From: Eledone cirrhosa
Taxonomy: Eukaryota
Reading direction: 5' to 3'
Assembly (NCBI GenBank): GCA_964016885.1
Contig: OZ024741.1
Coordinates: 373,736,001-373,800,000, forward strand
DNA: 64,000 nt
Shown here: piece after piece, positions 1-12,470 of the stretch
How positions within the stretch are numbered: the stretch's first letter is position 1
Layout: every line of letters starts with the position of its first letter
Notes under the pieces: generated by a model
Seen by the model: the letters and a program-made list of their open reading frames with translations, nothing else
Told to the model about the DNA's origin: nothing
Databases searched by the model: none
Program-made: the position numbers and the translations under genes

Positions 1-3
1 CTT

Positions 4-83
4 CTGACGAGTAGATCTATGCTGGGGCAGAGTCAATAGCTTCCATGAGTGACTTTGAGTCAACCATTAGTGAAACGTACGTA
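4..83 (+). ncRNA. Degenerate type-I hammerhead ribozyme motif with long stem II
   Basis: CTGACGA at 4-10, partial stem II pairing (CAGAGTCA/TGACTTTG), GAAA at 72-75 and palindromic ACGTACGT stem III with a GUA triplet. Stem I is poorly paired and cut by the window edge. Confidence 0.5.
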
Positions 84-127
84 ACAGGCCGATAATCAAT
101 AAAGGCATGGAAACGAAACTTCATCGT

Positions 128-259
<132 letters not shown>

Positions 260-289
260 CTATGTATGTATGAAAGTCAGTCAGATATC

Positions 290-582
290 AAACCTGTTCT
301 TTTTGGGGGATAAACCAGTTCTTTTGGGGTAAACCAGTTCTTTTTTTGAGGTAAATGCATTAGGTGTTCAGAGAGTGGGATTGGCTCCGTGCAAAGCCTT
401 TACTCACTTAAAAAAGCTTCAAGCACAGGCATCGCTTAATATGTGACATTTTTTTTTTTTTTGCGATGCATGGTATTGCTGGCCATATGCAATTCCATAG
501 CAGGACTAAAAAGCCACGTCCGTGATGCTCATGCTTAAGTATCAAGCGATGGCATTACACGAAATCGAGTTACAGCCATCAT
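290..582 (+). mobile_element. Diverged fragment of the RTE-derived non-autonomous element seen at 4921-5523
   Basis: Shares AGAGTGGGA..GGCT..GTGCA..GCCTTT, AAAAGCTTCA.GCACAGGCAT and GGACTAAAAAG.CAC segments with 5228-5520. Confidence 0.6.
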
Positions 583-753
583 ATGTGTGTGTGGGGTGGG
601 GGTGGGGGATACGTATGTATGTACGTATCTTCTTATACGGGCTGTTGTTTGCTCTTAGCCAGTGTCCTGTCGTGTGTAGTGTTCCGTGATTAATGGCTGT
701 CTGTTGACTATTTGTAAAATATCTTCATTTTTGACGTTATCAGTTCGTTTACT

Positions 754-948
754 CAGACCTGTCAACTCTTCCTGTCTAACGAGGAGATCTCTCACACATT
801 TTGGAGTGGGTGAGAGATGTCTTCTCTTGTGAAAATGGGTATTGCTTTTATTTTGTAAAAACTCCCCATTTTGCCTCATTTCTCCCTGTTTGGAGGCACT
901 TTTTTACATGGTACTCCCCGTTTGGGTTTGTAGAGCTTAGCAGATCTG
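754..948 (-). mobile_element. MITE with CAGACCTG(C/T)CAAC TIRs (hAT-like, 6-bp TSD family), copy 1
   Basis: TIRs CAGACCTG...CAGATCTG. Reverse-complement homologous to the copies at 25287 and 49523. TSD is degenerate. Confidence 0.75.
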
Positions 949-959
949 GTGACTGCCCA

Positions 960-1400
960 CTCGGCTCTACAAACCAATATAAACCGTGTGAAGAAATCAA
1001 AAAGTTCTAGTTTTAGATTTACTCTAATGTTGGGTGACTTCCATGTTTTGAAGTTGCCAGAATTTCTCAAAGGGTATTGCACACAGTTGTCTGAAATCAT
1101 CAAATGAAGAACTGACTTTGGAACCAAGATGTTTAAAGTGTTCAACGGTGTCAATGATCAGGCCATTCGACATTTGAATGTTATTTATGTTAAGGCCTAG
1201 GAATTTCGTTTTGGTATAGTTGATGTTAAGTCCAACTCGTAGTGCCTTCTTTTCTGTTCTATGGAGGTGTTAGATAGCTTCTAGAAAATAATTCAACAGA
1301 GCAATATCATCTGCTAAATCCAAGTCGGGAAGTGTGTAACCTATATGTGTCTGTAGACCGTACTCTAGGTTTTCCAAGACGTAATACAGTTCAATAATGA
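960..1400 (-). pseudogene. Decayed non-LTR retrotransposon RT fragment (RTE-like)
   Basis: Translation contains LPDLDLADDIALL (YADD catalytic motif context); disrupted reading frame. Confidence 0.55.
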
Positions 1401-1424
1401 AGAGAGAGAGCGAGAGAGGCGGGG

Positions 1425-1700
1425 TATGGAAACATATATAAACATATATATGTTTATATACAATAAACATATGGATAGCTTCACTGCCGGAGAACAAATA
1501 TTTCTTCGTAACGAAAAAAAAAAAAATCATCTTTATTTTTCCTCTGTGAATATAGCAGAGATTTTTTGTTTTGTTGTTTTCTTTGTTTTGTTTTTTTTTT
1601 GTTTTACCGTTACGAAGAAATATTTGTTCTTCGGCAGTGAGGCTACCCATATGTTTGTTGTATATAAACATATTATAGATGTTTATAGATGTTTTCATAT
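1425..1700. repeat. Inverted duplication (fold-back), arms of about 95 bp
   Basis: CATATGGATAGCTTCACTGCCGGAGAACAAATATTTCTTCGTAACG is mirrored by CGTTACGAAGAAATATTTGTTCTTCGGCAGTGAGGCTACCCATATG. Confidence 0.9.
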
Positions 1701-1871
1701 ATCTATATCTAATATACTTAAACGCTGTCGTAGAGCTACCACCAATTATATATATATATAATCTATATAATGTAGGCTGTCTGAATACACGTGCTTTTCC
1801 TAAAAAGGTTCTTCCGTTACTTCCTCCTCTCACTCTTTATCTTCATATTTCGTCTTATATTTCTCATTCTA

Positions 1872-1907
1872 TCTTCTGATGAAGGGCTAGTGTCCGAAAC
1901 GTAAAGA
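1872..1907 (+). ncRNA. Minimal type-I hammerhead ribozyme (Penelope/retrozyme-type)
   Basis: Stem I TCTT/AAGA, core CTGATGA(A), stem II GGGC-tagt-GTCC, GAAA, palindromic ACGT minimal stem III, GUA triplet. Confidence 0.85.
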
Positions 1908-2044
1908 CTATTTTCCTATTATATCAAGCGTTAAACTAATGTATATCTATCTTCCTTGTACTGTGTCGTTTTGCTGTATTATTTCCGTTTACTTTTCGCC
2001 CATATATGTGTCTATGTATATAGACACATCGGTTTTCACAATGT

Positions 2045-2345
2045 ATGTTCCAGTTGTTCGATCAACGAAACAGCCTGCTGGTGAAATTAACGTGTAAGTG
2101 CCTGAGCATTCGACAGACACGTGTACTCTCGACGTATCAGTGTGTGATACAGCTGACCCTTTGAATTACAAGTACAGTCCATCTGGCGGGGCTTCCGAAC
2201 ATTCCGTCTAGACAATTTCATTCACAAAACATGGGTCAACCTGAGGATATATTAAATGATACTTGCCCAAGATGCCGTGCAACGGGATCGAATCTGTGAC
2301 CTAACCATTGTGAAGCGAACTCTTTAACCATTTGTCTATGCTGCG
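2045..2345 (-). mobile_element. tRNA-derived SINE (family 2)
   Basis: Reverse complement has a tRNA-like A/B box head (TGGTTAAAGAG...GATTCGATCCC). Homologous to the copies at 10040, 27985, 37930 and 46600. Confidence 0.7.
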
Positions 2346-2554
2346 TCTACACCGTAAATGTATTCCTTATAAAACCTAAAGTTGCTGTTTCCGTCGATTC
2401 AATAATGTGTTTGTCAAACTTTGAATTAACATCCAAATATTAACCTATGAACTACATTATATCAAGAACAGGTCGTAGAGATTCACTTGTTTGCTCTTGT
2501 GGGACCCTCCAGAAACTCTTTGGCACTATTTTTTCCAATATAGAAACTATCAGT

Positions 2555-2555
<1 letters not shown>

Positions 2556-2652
<97 letters not shown>

Positions 2653-3030
2653 TGTTATATATACGTTACTAGATGTTGTTGTGATTGCCTGCACCTATAT
2701 TGTTTTGTATATTTTACCATCACAAACACCACAACCATAAACATTATTTCTATTACCACTACTACAACAACCACCACCATCACAATCAATACTGCCACAT
2801 CCACTACCACAACAACCACCACCATCACAATCACTACTGCCACAACCACTACCACAACAACCACCACCATCACAATCACTACTGACACCACAAACGTATC
2901 TCTATCACTTCTATTACCACAGACATCACCACCACTACTATTACCACCACCACTACCACCAATACCACTACTACCACCACGACCATTACCACTACAAACA
3001 TCATCACCATCACCACTACTACCACAAACA
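2556..3030. repeat. (GA)n tract followed by ACC/ACT trinucleotide low-complexity tract
   Basis: Direct inspection. Confidence 0.9.
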
Positions 3031-3084
3031 TTGTGTTAAAGGTAAATTCCTCAGATTATTATATATATATATATATATATAATA

Positions 3085-3190
3085 GTTCTGATAATCAGTT
3101 TCTGATGATCTGATCGAGCTAGCATCGTATTTGAAATTGAGTGGCACTGCTTCTAGTGTTCAGCAATTTTTAGACAACTTAATCAGAAAA
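3085..3190 (+). ncRNA. Degenerate hammerhead-like motif with extended stem III
   Basis: CTGATGA at 3102-3108, GAAA at 3133-3136, ATTG/CAAT stem III, distal stem I TTCTGAT/ATCAGAA. Flanked by (TA)n. Confidence 0.45.
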
Positions 3191-3267
3191 ACAATTGTTA
3201 GACTGCAAATAAATCCCCTTTTTTGTACTGTTAACCACTTTTTCAATTATATATATATATATATATA

Positions 3268-3460
3268 GTGGTAGAACACTGGAAGGTAATATCCGTATTG
3301 GTAGAGCACTCAGTCCATGGGACGAGTTAGGTAGAGGTGGTTACACAACAGTTAGTTCACCATACCGAGAACCATTGTCTCACCTTAGCGGATCCTGAGG
3401 ATCCGCTAAGGTGAGACAATTGTTCTCGGTATGGTGAACTAATTGTTGTGTAACCACTTC

Positions 3461-3462
<2 letters not shown>
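3268..3462. mobile_element. Short element in (TA)n with a 65-bp-arm palindrome centred on 3397
   Basis: Near-perfect hairpin 3332-3462 with loop TGA; the left arm extends to 3268. Confidence 0.85.
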
Positions 3463-3504
<42 letters not shown>

Positions 3505-3551
3505 AGGGGGGACATACAGACAGACAGACAGAGACAAGCAGACAGACAGAC

Positions 3552-3601
<50 letters not shown>

Positions 3602-3613
3602 CGACAGACAGAC

Positions 3614-3646
<33 letters not shown>

Positions 3647-3707
3647 AGAGAGACATCTTTATATATCAATAACGGAGATTAAGTGAATTTCTTGTCATTT
3701 TCTGTTT

Positions 3708-4271
3708 CATGTAAAACAAATTAGATATCTTAAATTTCTTCATCTTCCTTGTCTATTCATTATATAAGTAGAGGGTCGGACGCCATGCTTTGCAGCAAAG
3801 AGTTACAGCCCTTTATGGTCTGAGTTCAAATCCCGCCGAGCTTAACTTTGCCTTTCATCCTTACGGGGTCGATAAAATAAAGTACCAGTAATACACTGGA
3901 ATAATTGCTGGTCATGTGCCAAAAATAGAAACAATTATATAAGATTACATTAATATTTAAAATGCGGGGCAGAATATACGATCAACGAGCGTTTACATTA
4001 AAAACTATACTTAAGGAATATAGAAGCGTGGGAATCTCATTAGAGTTTTTTATTTTAATTGACAGAATCATCGTTTATCCTGTTTCTGTGACGTCGTTGT
4101 TAACCCTTTCGTGGCTAGATTTCTTATAAAATACACTGCCTATGTTTCAATTAATTTTGAAAATACTTTATACATTAGCGTAGTTGTTCTTAAACTTTCA
4201 TACTCTTCCACAAAACCTCTACCACCAAACAAACTATATTTTATTATCTTTGTGGTCAATAAATGAAATCG

Positions 4272-4326
<55 letters not shown>

Positions 4327-4893
4327 AGTGGAAGCTTAGTAAAATCGAAGCTTTGGCTGTGGGCAAGTAAAGTTGACCTACAATATGAATGAGTTAGCAA
4401 AGCACTCAATAAGGGTAGGTCCTGAGAGTAATAACATACGTTTAAATAGCTTGACAAATTGAACATTGCGGTAGGCAAAACCCAACTAACAGGTTAGTTC
4501 TTTCGTTACTTTGAAAGGGTTAACAACGACGTCACAGAAACAGGATAAACGGTGATTCTGTCAATTAAAATAAAAAACTCTAATGAGATTCCCACGCTTC
4601 TATATTCCTTAAGTATAGTTTTTAATGTAAACGCTCGTTGATCGTATATTCTGCCCCGCATTTTAAATATTAATGTAATCTTATATAATTGTTTCTACTG
4701 TTAGCACAAGGCCAGCAATTATTCCAGTGTATTACTGGTACTTTGTATTACTTATCAACCCCGTAAGGATGAAAGGCAAAGTTAACCTCGGCGGGATTTG
4801 AACTCAGACCATAAAGGGCCGTAACTCTTTGCTGCAAAGCATGGCGTCCGAAGGAAGATGAAGAAATTTAAGATATCTAATTTGTTTTACATG
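3708..4893. repeat. Inverted duplication of about 400 bp of flanking DNA (3708-4110 vs 4513-4893)
   Basis: CATGTAAAACAAATTAG...GTTAACCCTTTC appears as its reverse complement. Both arms include a SINE copy; the second arm has a small deletion. Confidence 0.9.
4324..4497 (-). mobile_element. Unclassified short dispersed element ending in (TA)n, copy 1
   Basis: Homologous to 18609-18691 plus 19433-19520. Strand is assumed from the (TA)n-abutting end. Confidence 0.7.
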
Positions 4894-4920
4894 TTTCAAT
4901 AAGAGATATATGAAACAGAA

Positions 4921-5523
4921 AGGTCACCAGTTGGTGCTACTGGTAACATGTATCCCAGTACAACCTGTCTCATGGTCAGGTCGTTGGCGACTAAACTGAC
5001 AACCCCACCAAGGTTTCTTGGTGAGGAGTGTGACTTTGAACATCCTGCAGGAGAAAAACAAAACCTGTCAAAGGGCAAAGGAGGTCTTAAGAGTCAATGG
5101 CCATCCAAAATCACTGGGAGAGATGACCCCTTAGCCTTTGTCAAGGCAGAATTCTAGGAGAAGGAAAACTCTGATGTAACACCTGCAACTCTGATGGTAT
5201 CCAATGATATTGACTTGTTCTTCTTTTTGGTAAATATCATCTTGGTTAAGAGTGGGACTGGCTTTGTGCAGTGCCTTTGCTCACTATAAAAGCTTCACGG
5301 CACAGGCATTGCTTTATATCTGGAGATCTCTCTGCACTTGTCGTCACATGGTACCATGGGCCCAGCACTATGTGTCAATAATTGTCACAAGTGTAGTGTT
5401 TGTACCAGAGTTTTCAAGTCGCTGGCTGGACTAAAAAGTCACACTCGTTCAGCGCATCGGTAGGGGTTCTCCTACATGGATATAAAGTAGTGGCCGTACT
5501 CGAAAATGAGTTGGCAGCCACCA
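4921..5523 (+). mobile_element. Non-autonomous, internally deleted RTE-type retroelement, copy 1
   Basis: Near-identical to the reverse complement of 42637-43243. The 3' part encodes a C2H2-like terminus HKCSVCTRVFKSLAGLKSHTRSAHR*, as seen in RTE ORF ends. Confidence 0.75.
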
Positions 5524-5563
5524 TATATATACATATAATATATATATAAACATACATATATTA

Positions 5564-5656
<93 letters not shown>

Positions 5657-5677
5657 ATAGATATAAATATACATATA

Positions 5678-5893
5678 CGTGGGGGCGCTGAAAAGTTCCT
5701 GGCTTAGGGTAAAAGAAAATACGAGAAGATCAGTTAATAATGATTTTATTCAACATATTCCCCTCTCCGATTCCCACACTTATTGCAACTGTCCATCAGT
5801 TTTACTAAGCCCTGTAAAAATAACTCGGAGGGTTGGGCCTCCAGCCAGGCATCTGTAGCAGCGATCAAGTCAGGAACTTTTCAGCACCCTACT
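5678..5893. mobile_element. Tc1/mariner-type MITE
   Basis: TIRs GGGGCGCTGAAAAGTTCCTG / CAGGAACTTTTCAGCACCC, with TA on both flanks. Confidence 0.8.
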
Positions 5894-6329
5894 TATTCCT
5901 GTGAGGGTCGTTGGGGCAATGTCCTCATGCATGTTTTCCAGAGGATCCTACCAAAAACAACCGTCTTTAAATGATCTGGCTGGATCCTTGGGCGAGACTA
6001 ACCAAGTTTATGGGTGTTATATAACCATCTTGCTCGTGGTCAATCACTATGTCTCCTGCAGGTTTGGCTTTGCCAGTAAATTCTATCCATCGATTCTTTC
6101 CGTAAAGATTCTAATCACGTCCGTTGTATGGAAGCTGGGATCTCTCGACGCGGAGAAGCAACAGCTTCCAGCTGAAGCGACTATCTGACCTCATAGCTTC
6201 CACCATATTACACACACACACACACACCAAAAGGGCGAACTAAACACACACGTGCTTTCTCTCCAAAAACATTTTTCACGTTTCTTCTTCACACTCTTGT
6301 CTTTTTATTTATTCTTTTATTTATTATTC

Positions 6330-6370
6330 TATTTTCTGATGAAAGACTAACGTTTGAAACGTTATGACAT
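6330..6370 (+). ncRNA. Decayed copy of the 1872 hammerhead motif
   Basis: CTGATGAA-AGAC-taac-GTTT-GAAACGT. Flanks are homologous to 1790-2000; stem I is eroded. Confidence 0.6.
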
Positions 6371-6455
6371 TTTTCATACTACATGAATACTTAAATTAAT
6401 ATATATCTTCACTGTACGATATCGTTTGGCTGTGTTGTTTACCCGTTTATTCTTC

Positions 6456-6545
<90 letters not shown>

Positions 6546-8033
6546 GCTCTGATTGAGTAAAACTATGGTCAAGAACATTCAAGCACCGACCATTTACCTC
6601 CCCTCCTGATATATAGAGCTACATTATCCAATCTGTTTTTTTTTATTAAAATATTTTGGTGTAATTTAAGAAAGATTGGGTTGTTATTTCTAGCAAATCA
6701 AGCAACCATAGAAAGAATCCTTCGTTATCTGTTTATGATATTTATCAGAGACAGACGACAGTAGATAGACACGCACAACTGATTTCAACACGTGATAGTT
6801 TACATACTGCCTTAAAATAATATCATACTAAATTCTAGGGAGAATTTACGAGATTTTGACTAAAAGAATAATCTCTCTTGCTCCTGAGACAACCAAACTC
6901 ATTGACATTCAGGAATGTCGAGGCCAAATCCTCTAAATTCGAATTGACCTGCAAAATTCAAAACGTATGGAGATAAATCTACTAATAAAGTCTTCGAATA
7001 ACTCTTCATATGATTTCTCTTCAAGTAACTTTTTACTTTGGCTGTGAAGTGGCAGAGTTATTAAGACGTCAGATAAAATGCTTTGCGGTATTTGTTCTGG
7101 CTCTCTGCGCTCTCTGAGTTCAAATCCTACCAAGGTCAACTTTGCTTTTTATGCTTACAGTACTGAGGTTCATTCTTCTTCTATATTTCTTTCTCTCTCT
7201 CCCCATCTCTCACTCTCTCTCTCTCTCTATCTATCTATCTCTCTTTCTTCCATGTGTAAGAAATCACCTGTGCTCTGACCTGGAGGAGGGATGGTTTCCA
7301 CCAAGTTTTAAAATGTCCAACAAACGTCGTATGTCACTACGGCGTCACAACACTTCCATCAGGAGTTACGAGTCCATACCATATAGTTTAGTGCTTAAAT
7401 ATTTTTTATTTTCGTTCTTGTTTTATGATCTTGTTTTATCTAACACAGCAATGACTATATATTGACTATATATTTATAATGAAGGCGGATAATCAGCAAA
7501 AACAAATTGGCAAAATTCAGTCAGTTGTGAAAGATTCTTAAGTTAGACTATGTTGTTGAGTTTATTGGCTTCTTCCAACCTCTAATTAGTTCACAGCTTG
7601 CTGATTCGAACAACAGGAAGCTCAGAACAAGAGAAACTAATACAGCAAACAGTCATAGCTCTACTAAAGGTTGCCAAATTACTACTGTGTGTTTTTTTTA
7701 CGCAGGCAACAAGTAGCTGAAAATTTGAAGTAAGCTACTAAGATTAATCGCACTCCTTGTTAGCAGACATGGGCGTTTCATTATTTTTTTTTTATCTGAA
7801 TAAAAGATTCGTTCTGGCGGAAAGAGATCTTTTGATGCAAAAATATTTGACCATTCATGCATAGCTTTTTATATTTCACTTTATATATCTGCACCTGCTC
7901 TTCCAAGCAATACCTTAACGGTACATATGTAGACAGGACCGGGAATCAGTAGACAGGACCTGGGGGCGGCGATGGGGGACAGGGAATTCTGGGGCATGAG
8001 AGTGAGATCCATTATCTCGACAGTAGTCGACGA

Positions 8034-8048
8034 ATGATGATGATGATG

Positions 8049-8079
<31 letters not shown>

Positions 8080-8160
8080 TTTTTTTTTTTTATATATATT
8101 CATATTTATATATATATGTGTGTGTGTGTATGTATTATATATATGTATATATATATATAA

Positions 8161-8238
<78 letters not shown>

Positions 8239-8334
8239 GTATATATATATATATAAATGTATATATATATATATATATACATTTATATATATATATATAT
8301 ATATAAATGTATATATATATATATATATATATAA

Positions 8335-8402
<68 letters not shown>

Positions 8403-8426
8403 GTATATATATATATATATATATAA

Positions 8427-8506
<80 letters not shown>

Positions 8507-8594
8507 GTATATATATGTATATATTTATATATGCGTGTATATATAATATATATATATATAAATGTATATATATATATATATATATATATATGAA

Positions 8595-8665
<71 letters not shown>
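8034..8665. repeat. (TA)n-derived compound microsatellite and (TG)n
   Basis: Direct inspection. Confidence 0.95.
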
Positions 8666-8667
<2 letters not shown>

Positions 8668-9249
8668 ACATACTGAAATATAAAAATGGACAGAAACTAC
8701 AGCAACATGATAGGTGGAAGAATGCTGGATTAAACTGAGTAATTAACAAATTGTTAACTCACATTCTTGCGAGTGATAAAATGGAAATTCCATAGCCCTA
8801 TCTATTTTACAAATGTTTTGTGTTAATTTTCAAATTATAGACGTCTATATTAATTTCAAGATTACTACAACAAGATATTTCTCTCTAAAATTCCTAGATT
8901 CCTTTCTGCTTCTATTGTACACTCCAGGCACTGATCCGCAGACGTGATATCTCCTCTCTCTCCGTCTCTGCTACTACAGTGAACCCTGCTCCGTGGAACT
9001 TGCTACTGTCGCGTTCGCGCTATTTTCTGCATTCGGTCACTTCCAATTCATACATCTTTCTTAGTCTTGTCACCTGATTCGTGTGCCCACCACTTAAACG
9101 CCCAACAGACACTGCTCTAAATAGTAAACCCAGTCCTTTCTCTACAGAACGTCGTCCCTCATGAATTACCTCTCTGCACAAGTTTTTTTCTAGAAGCTAC
9201 CGACTTGAAGGAATGATAGTCATACAAAACCACCGGTCTCGGAAAACTT

Positions 9250-9640
9250 GCAAAGATATGAGCAAAGATCATGGTCAAAGATCATGATCAAAGATCATGG
9301 GCAAAGACCATGGGCAAAGATCATGGGTAAAGACCATGGGAAAAGGCCATGGGAAATGGGTAAAGATCAGGAGCAAAGATCATGAGCAAAGATCATGAGC
9401 AAAGATCATGGGGGAAAAGATCATGGGCACAAAGACCATGGGCAAGGATCAAGATCAAAGACCATGCGCAAAGACCATGGGTAAGGATCATAAGCAAAGA
9501 CCATGGGCAAAGATCATGTGGAAAGATCAAGAGCAAAGGCCATGGGCACAGATCATGGGTAAAGACCATAGGCAATGACCATAGACAAAGATAATAACCA
9601 AAGATCATGGGAAAAGATCATGGGGACAAAGACCACAACA
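9250..9640. repeat. 13-bp minisatellite (AAAGA(T/C)CATGGGC)
   Basis: Roughly 30 degenerate tandem units. Confidence 0.9.
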
Positions 9641-10896
9641 TAAAAAAAAAGAAATAGAGAGAACATTTTAGGTAAATGTTTGTTGTTATCGATAAAGACG
9701 AAAGTAACAGAAACAGTAGAGTGCCGTGAAGTATTGAGTTATTCCCCTTTGTATTTTGAGTTCAATTCTCAATAGGACTGACTTTGCCTGCCCTTGATTT
9801 ATAGTTTATAAGAATATTTAATCAACCTGTGTACTTAACTGATACTTTATTTTATTGACGTCGGAAGGAAAAAAGTGAAACTGACCTCGACGTAGTTTGA
9901 ACCTAAAACGTACAGGTACATAAATAAATATCTGCCAATCCACTAACGGTATGATCGATAGATTAAGTGTTATAAATGGTTCAGTCACCTTCATTAATGT
10001 GTTGCATGTTCATCTCATTTACCTATTGAGGCAGTGAACGCAGGCATGGCCAAATGGCTGAGAAATTCGCTTAGCAATCATAAGGTTCGAGGTTCGATCT
10101 TGGGCAGGTGTCATTTACTATAGTCATGAGTCGAGCCAAGGAAACTGGGTCAACTGAAGCTGTTCGGAAGTTCGTCGGATTGATTTTTTAGAAAACCCGT
10201 CATTTTTACACATTGTGTTATACTGAATCTCACCGAAAATGATGTTAAGGGTACACGTGTCAGTGGTATACTCAGCCACTTCCACGTTAATTTCATGAGC
10301 AGGCTGTTGCGTTAGTCGAACAAATGGAACGCTCATTGTAGAAGCCGATGTAAGTCTGTTTCCATTCCATCTACAAGTGTTGCTAATTCAGGGTAAAACA
10401 AAATTAGAAGTATGACGCAATATTTAAAATTATAGATACACTCTTGAAGATAAGACCCGATCGTTTTACTTATGTTTGTCTTGATTAACATATTATTCAC
10501 AACTGTTACTGTTAGTGAATCACGCTAATATAGAGGATGATGAAAATTTAAGGAAGTATCTGATTACATTAACCTGTATTTCTCGTGGAATACACTGCCT
10601 ATGAGTCTCAATTAATTTTTAGAATAATCATATATTGGGAGAGATTTAATAAAACAGCACATTTTTTTTATTAGTATGCTGATATTTAGAACAATTTGTG
10701 AAATAAAATCATGATGGAATAATTTAATATAAGTTTAAACATTCTAAAATAAACAGATGTGTATCATAAATCCCGGATAGTTTCAGATGATTTGGGACCA
10801 AGGCGGTTAAACGTCTTCTCAAGACATGCTTCCTACTTTTTCAGATTTAGTGGGTTTTTTTTTATTAGATACTGCTCAATTAATTTTATGTATTTA

Positions 10897-11075
10897 CCGT
10901 ATTTCCCGGCATCGAAGACGCTACTTTTTTCCTAAAATAAATCTGAAAAATCTACCATGCGTCCTGGGGCCCGAAGGTTGTTTATTTTATTTTTTTTTAT
11001 TTTTTTTTTATTTTTGGTTGTCAAAATTAGGGTGCGTCCTCGAGGACGAAGCGTCTTCGGCGCCGGGACATACGT
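10897..11075. mobile_element. Tc2/pogo-type MITE
   Basis: TA|CCGTATTTCCCGGCATCGAAGACGC ... GCGTCTTCGGCGCCGGGACATACG TIRs. Confidence 0.75.
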
Positions 11076-11526
11076 CCTAGAAATAAAAATTTGGCTGTCA
11101 CCATAAAAAAGGTACTAATGTCTTAGTGTCCAAATAACGTAAAGGAAAGTGTGAACAGGGAAGTAGCTCAAAAGAACATCCTGAGGCACAGCAGGCCAAA
11201 AGTGAGATGAGATGTGGGGGAGGGATTTCCACCAGTCAATGCTTATCTGAAATACAGCTGATAAGCAGCTATTTATTGATTTATTTATTATTTTTTTATC
11301 AAAATGCATACACATCTAATAGTAAGTGGGATGTGTGAATTAGTACAACATTTAGGGGAAGAAATTTTCTGTTTCAAATGTTCTTTAAATTCGTTTTTAC
11401 TTTTGGTAAATTAACTTTTACCCCGTTTTCACTTTCGATAAATTCCGGTTTTTTTTTTGGTTTTTTTTAATGTAAATTGCAATAAACTGTATTCTATTAT
11501 TAATATTAATCACTATTAATAATAAT

Positions 11527-11716
11527 AATTGTTTCTATTATTGGCACAAGGCCAACAATTACCCAGTACATTACTGGTACTTTATTTTATCGACCCCGTA
11601 AGGATGAAAGGCAAAGTTAACCTCGGCGGGATTTAAACTCAGAATGTCAAGGGCTGTAACTCTATGCGTCAAAGCATGGCGTCCGACCCTCTACCGATAC
11701 TGCCAATTCACCGCCA
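11527..11716 (-). mobile_element. tRNA-derived SINE with Meta-like domain (representative of more than 15 copies)
   Basis: A/B boxes plus TTTGCCTTTCATCCTTACGGGGTCGATAAAATAAAGTACCAG. Other copies lie near 3770, 4690, 25965, 35665, 36430-37750, 39590, 40063, 45090, 52700, 54978 and 56178. Confidence 0.85.
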
Positions 11717-11717
11717 T

Positions 11718-12470
11718 TAATAATAATAATGGAACCCCAACTGCACAAAAAAGAGCTGTAAAAAGGGCGGATGAATTCCTCAGAGTCAATGGCCATCCAC
11801 CCCAACTACGGGTTAAATAGCCTCACCAACTCGCAATTGGCCAAACGTAGTGAGTACGGCTACACACCTGACATGACCGAAACCAAACAGAAAGTGGTGG
11901 AGGTCAACTAGTGAGGGGTTAGTCCGGCAGGAGTGAAAAGGGCCTGGATTGAGTTGGATTATTATTAAAGCATGGACAAATTACCAAGTTTTAGGAAGAT
12001 ATTGGTCACGAAAATTGTTCCGTCGCAGGCCTTGGAAAAGTAGTTTACAAGCCAAGTGTTAGAGACCCCTACCCTAGAGAGTCACTGGCCTGAGGAAAGA
12101 GAAATATTAGGGATAGCAAGAATAAGAAAGGCGTGTGGGTCCTGGTGGTTCATATCTTACTATTTCGGCTGCGTATTTCAGATAAGCAATAGAAACTGCT
12201 GAAGTAAAAATAGAAGACGAAGAACAGTAGTGAACTAGATGTTTTAACACGTTGGTGAGTGAAGGATTACCTATCAGCCGGATGTATTCCCGAAGATTTA
12301 TGTGAGCCGCTGTTGCACTATCCCAAATATGAGAGCACTCCATTTTATACCTTCTAGAAGATCAGCTACTGTTCAGAATTGACGTATTTTCTGACCCTGA
12401 AGAGTAAGTGTAGCTTTTAAGATGCAGCTTGTTATCGCTATAAAAGGTCATTGAAGATTGCGAGGCCTAT
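11718..12470 (-). mobile_element. 3' end of a CR1/L2/Jockey-group LINE
   Basis: Decayed ME(Y)CSHIW...IRLIGNPSLT C-terminal RT region, followed by a putative 3' UTR and a (TTA)n tail. Confidence 0.55.

Noticed and set aside
4921-5005. HDV-like ribozyme at the RTE-derived 5' end
   Set aside because: P4- and P2-like pairings are visible, but I could not assemble a convincing P1/P3/L3
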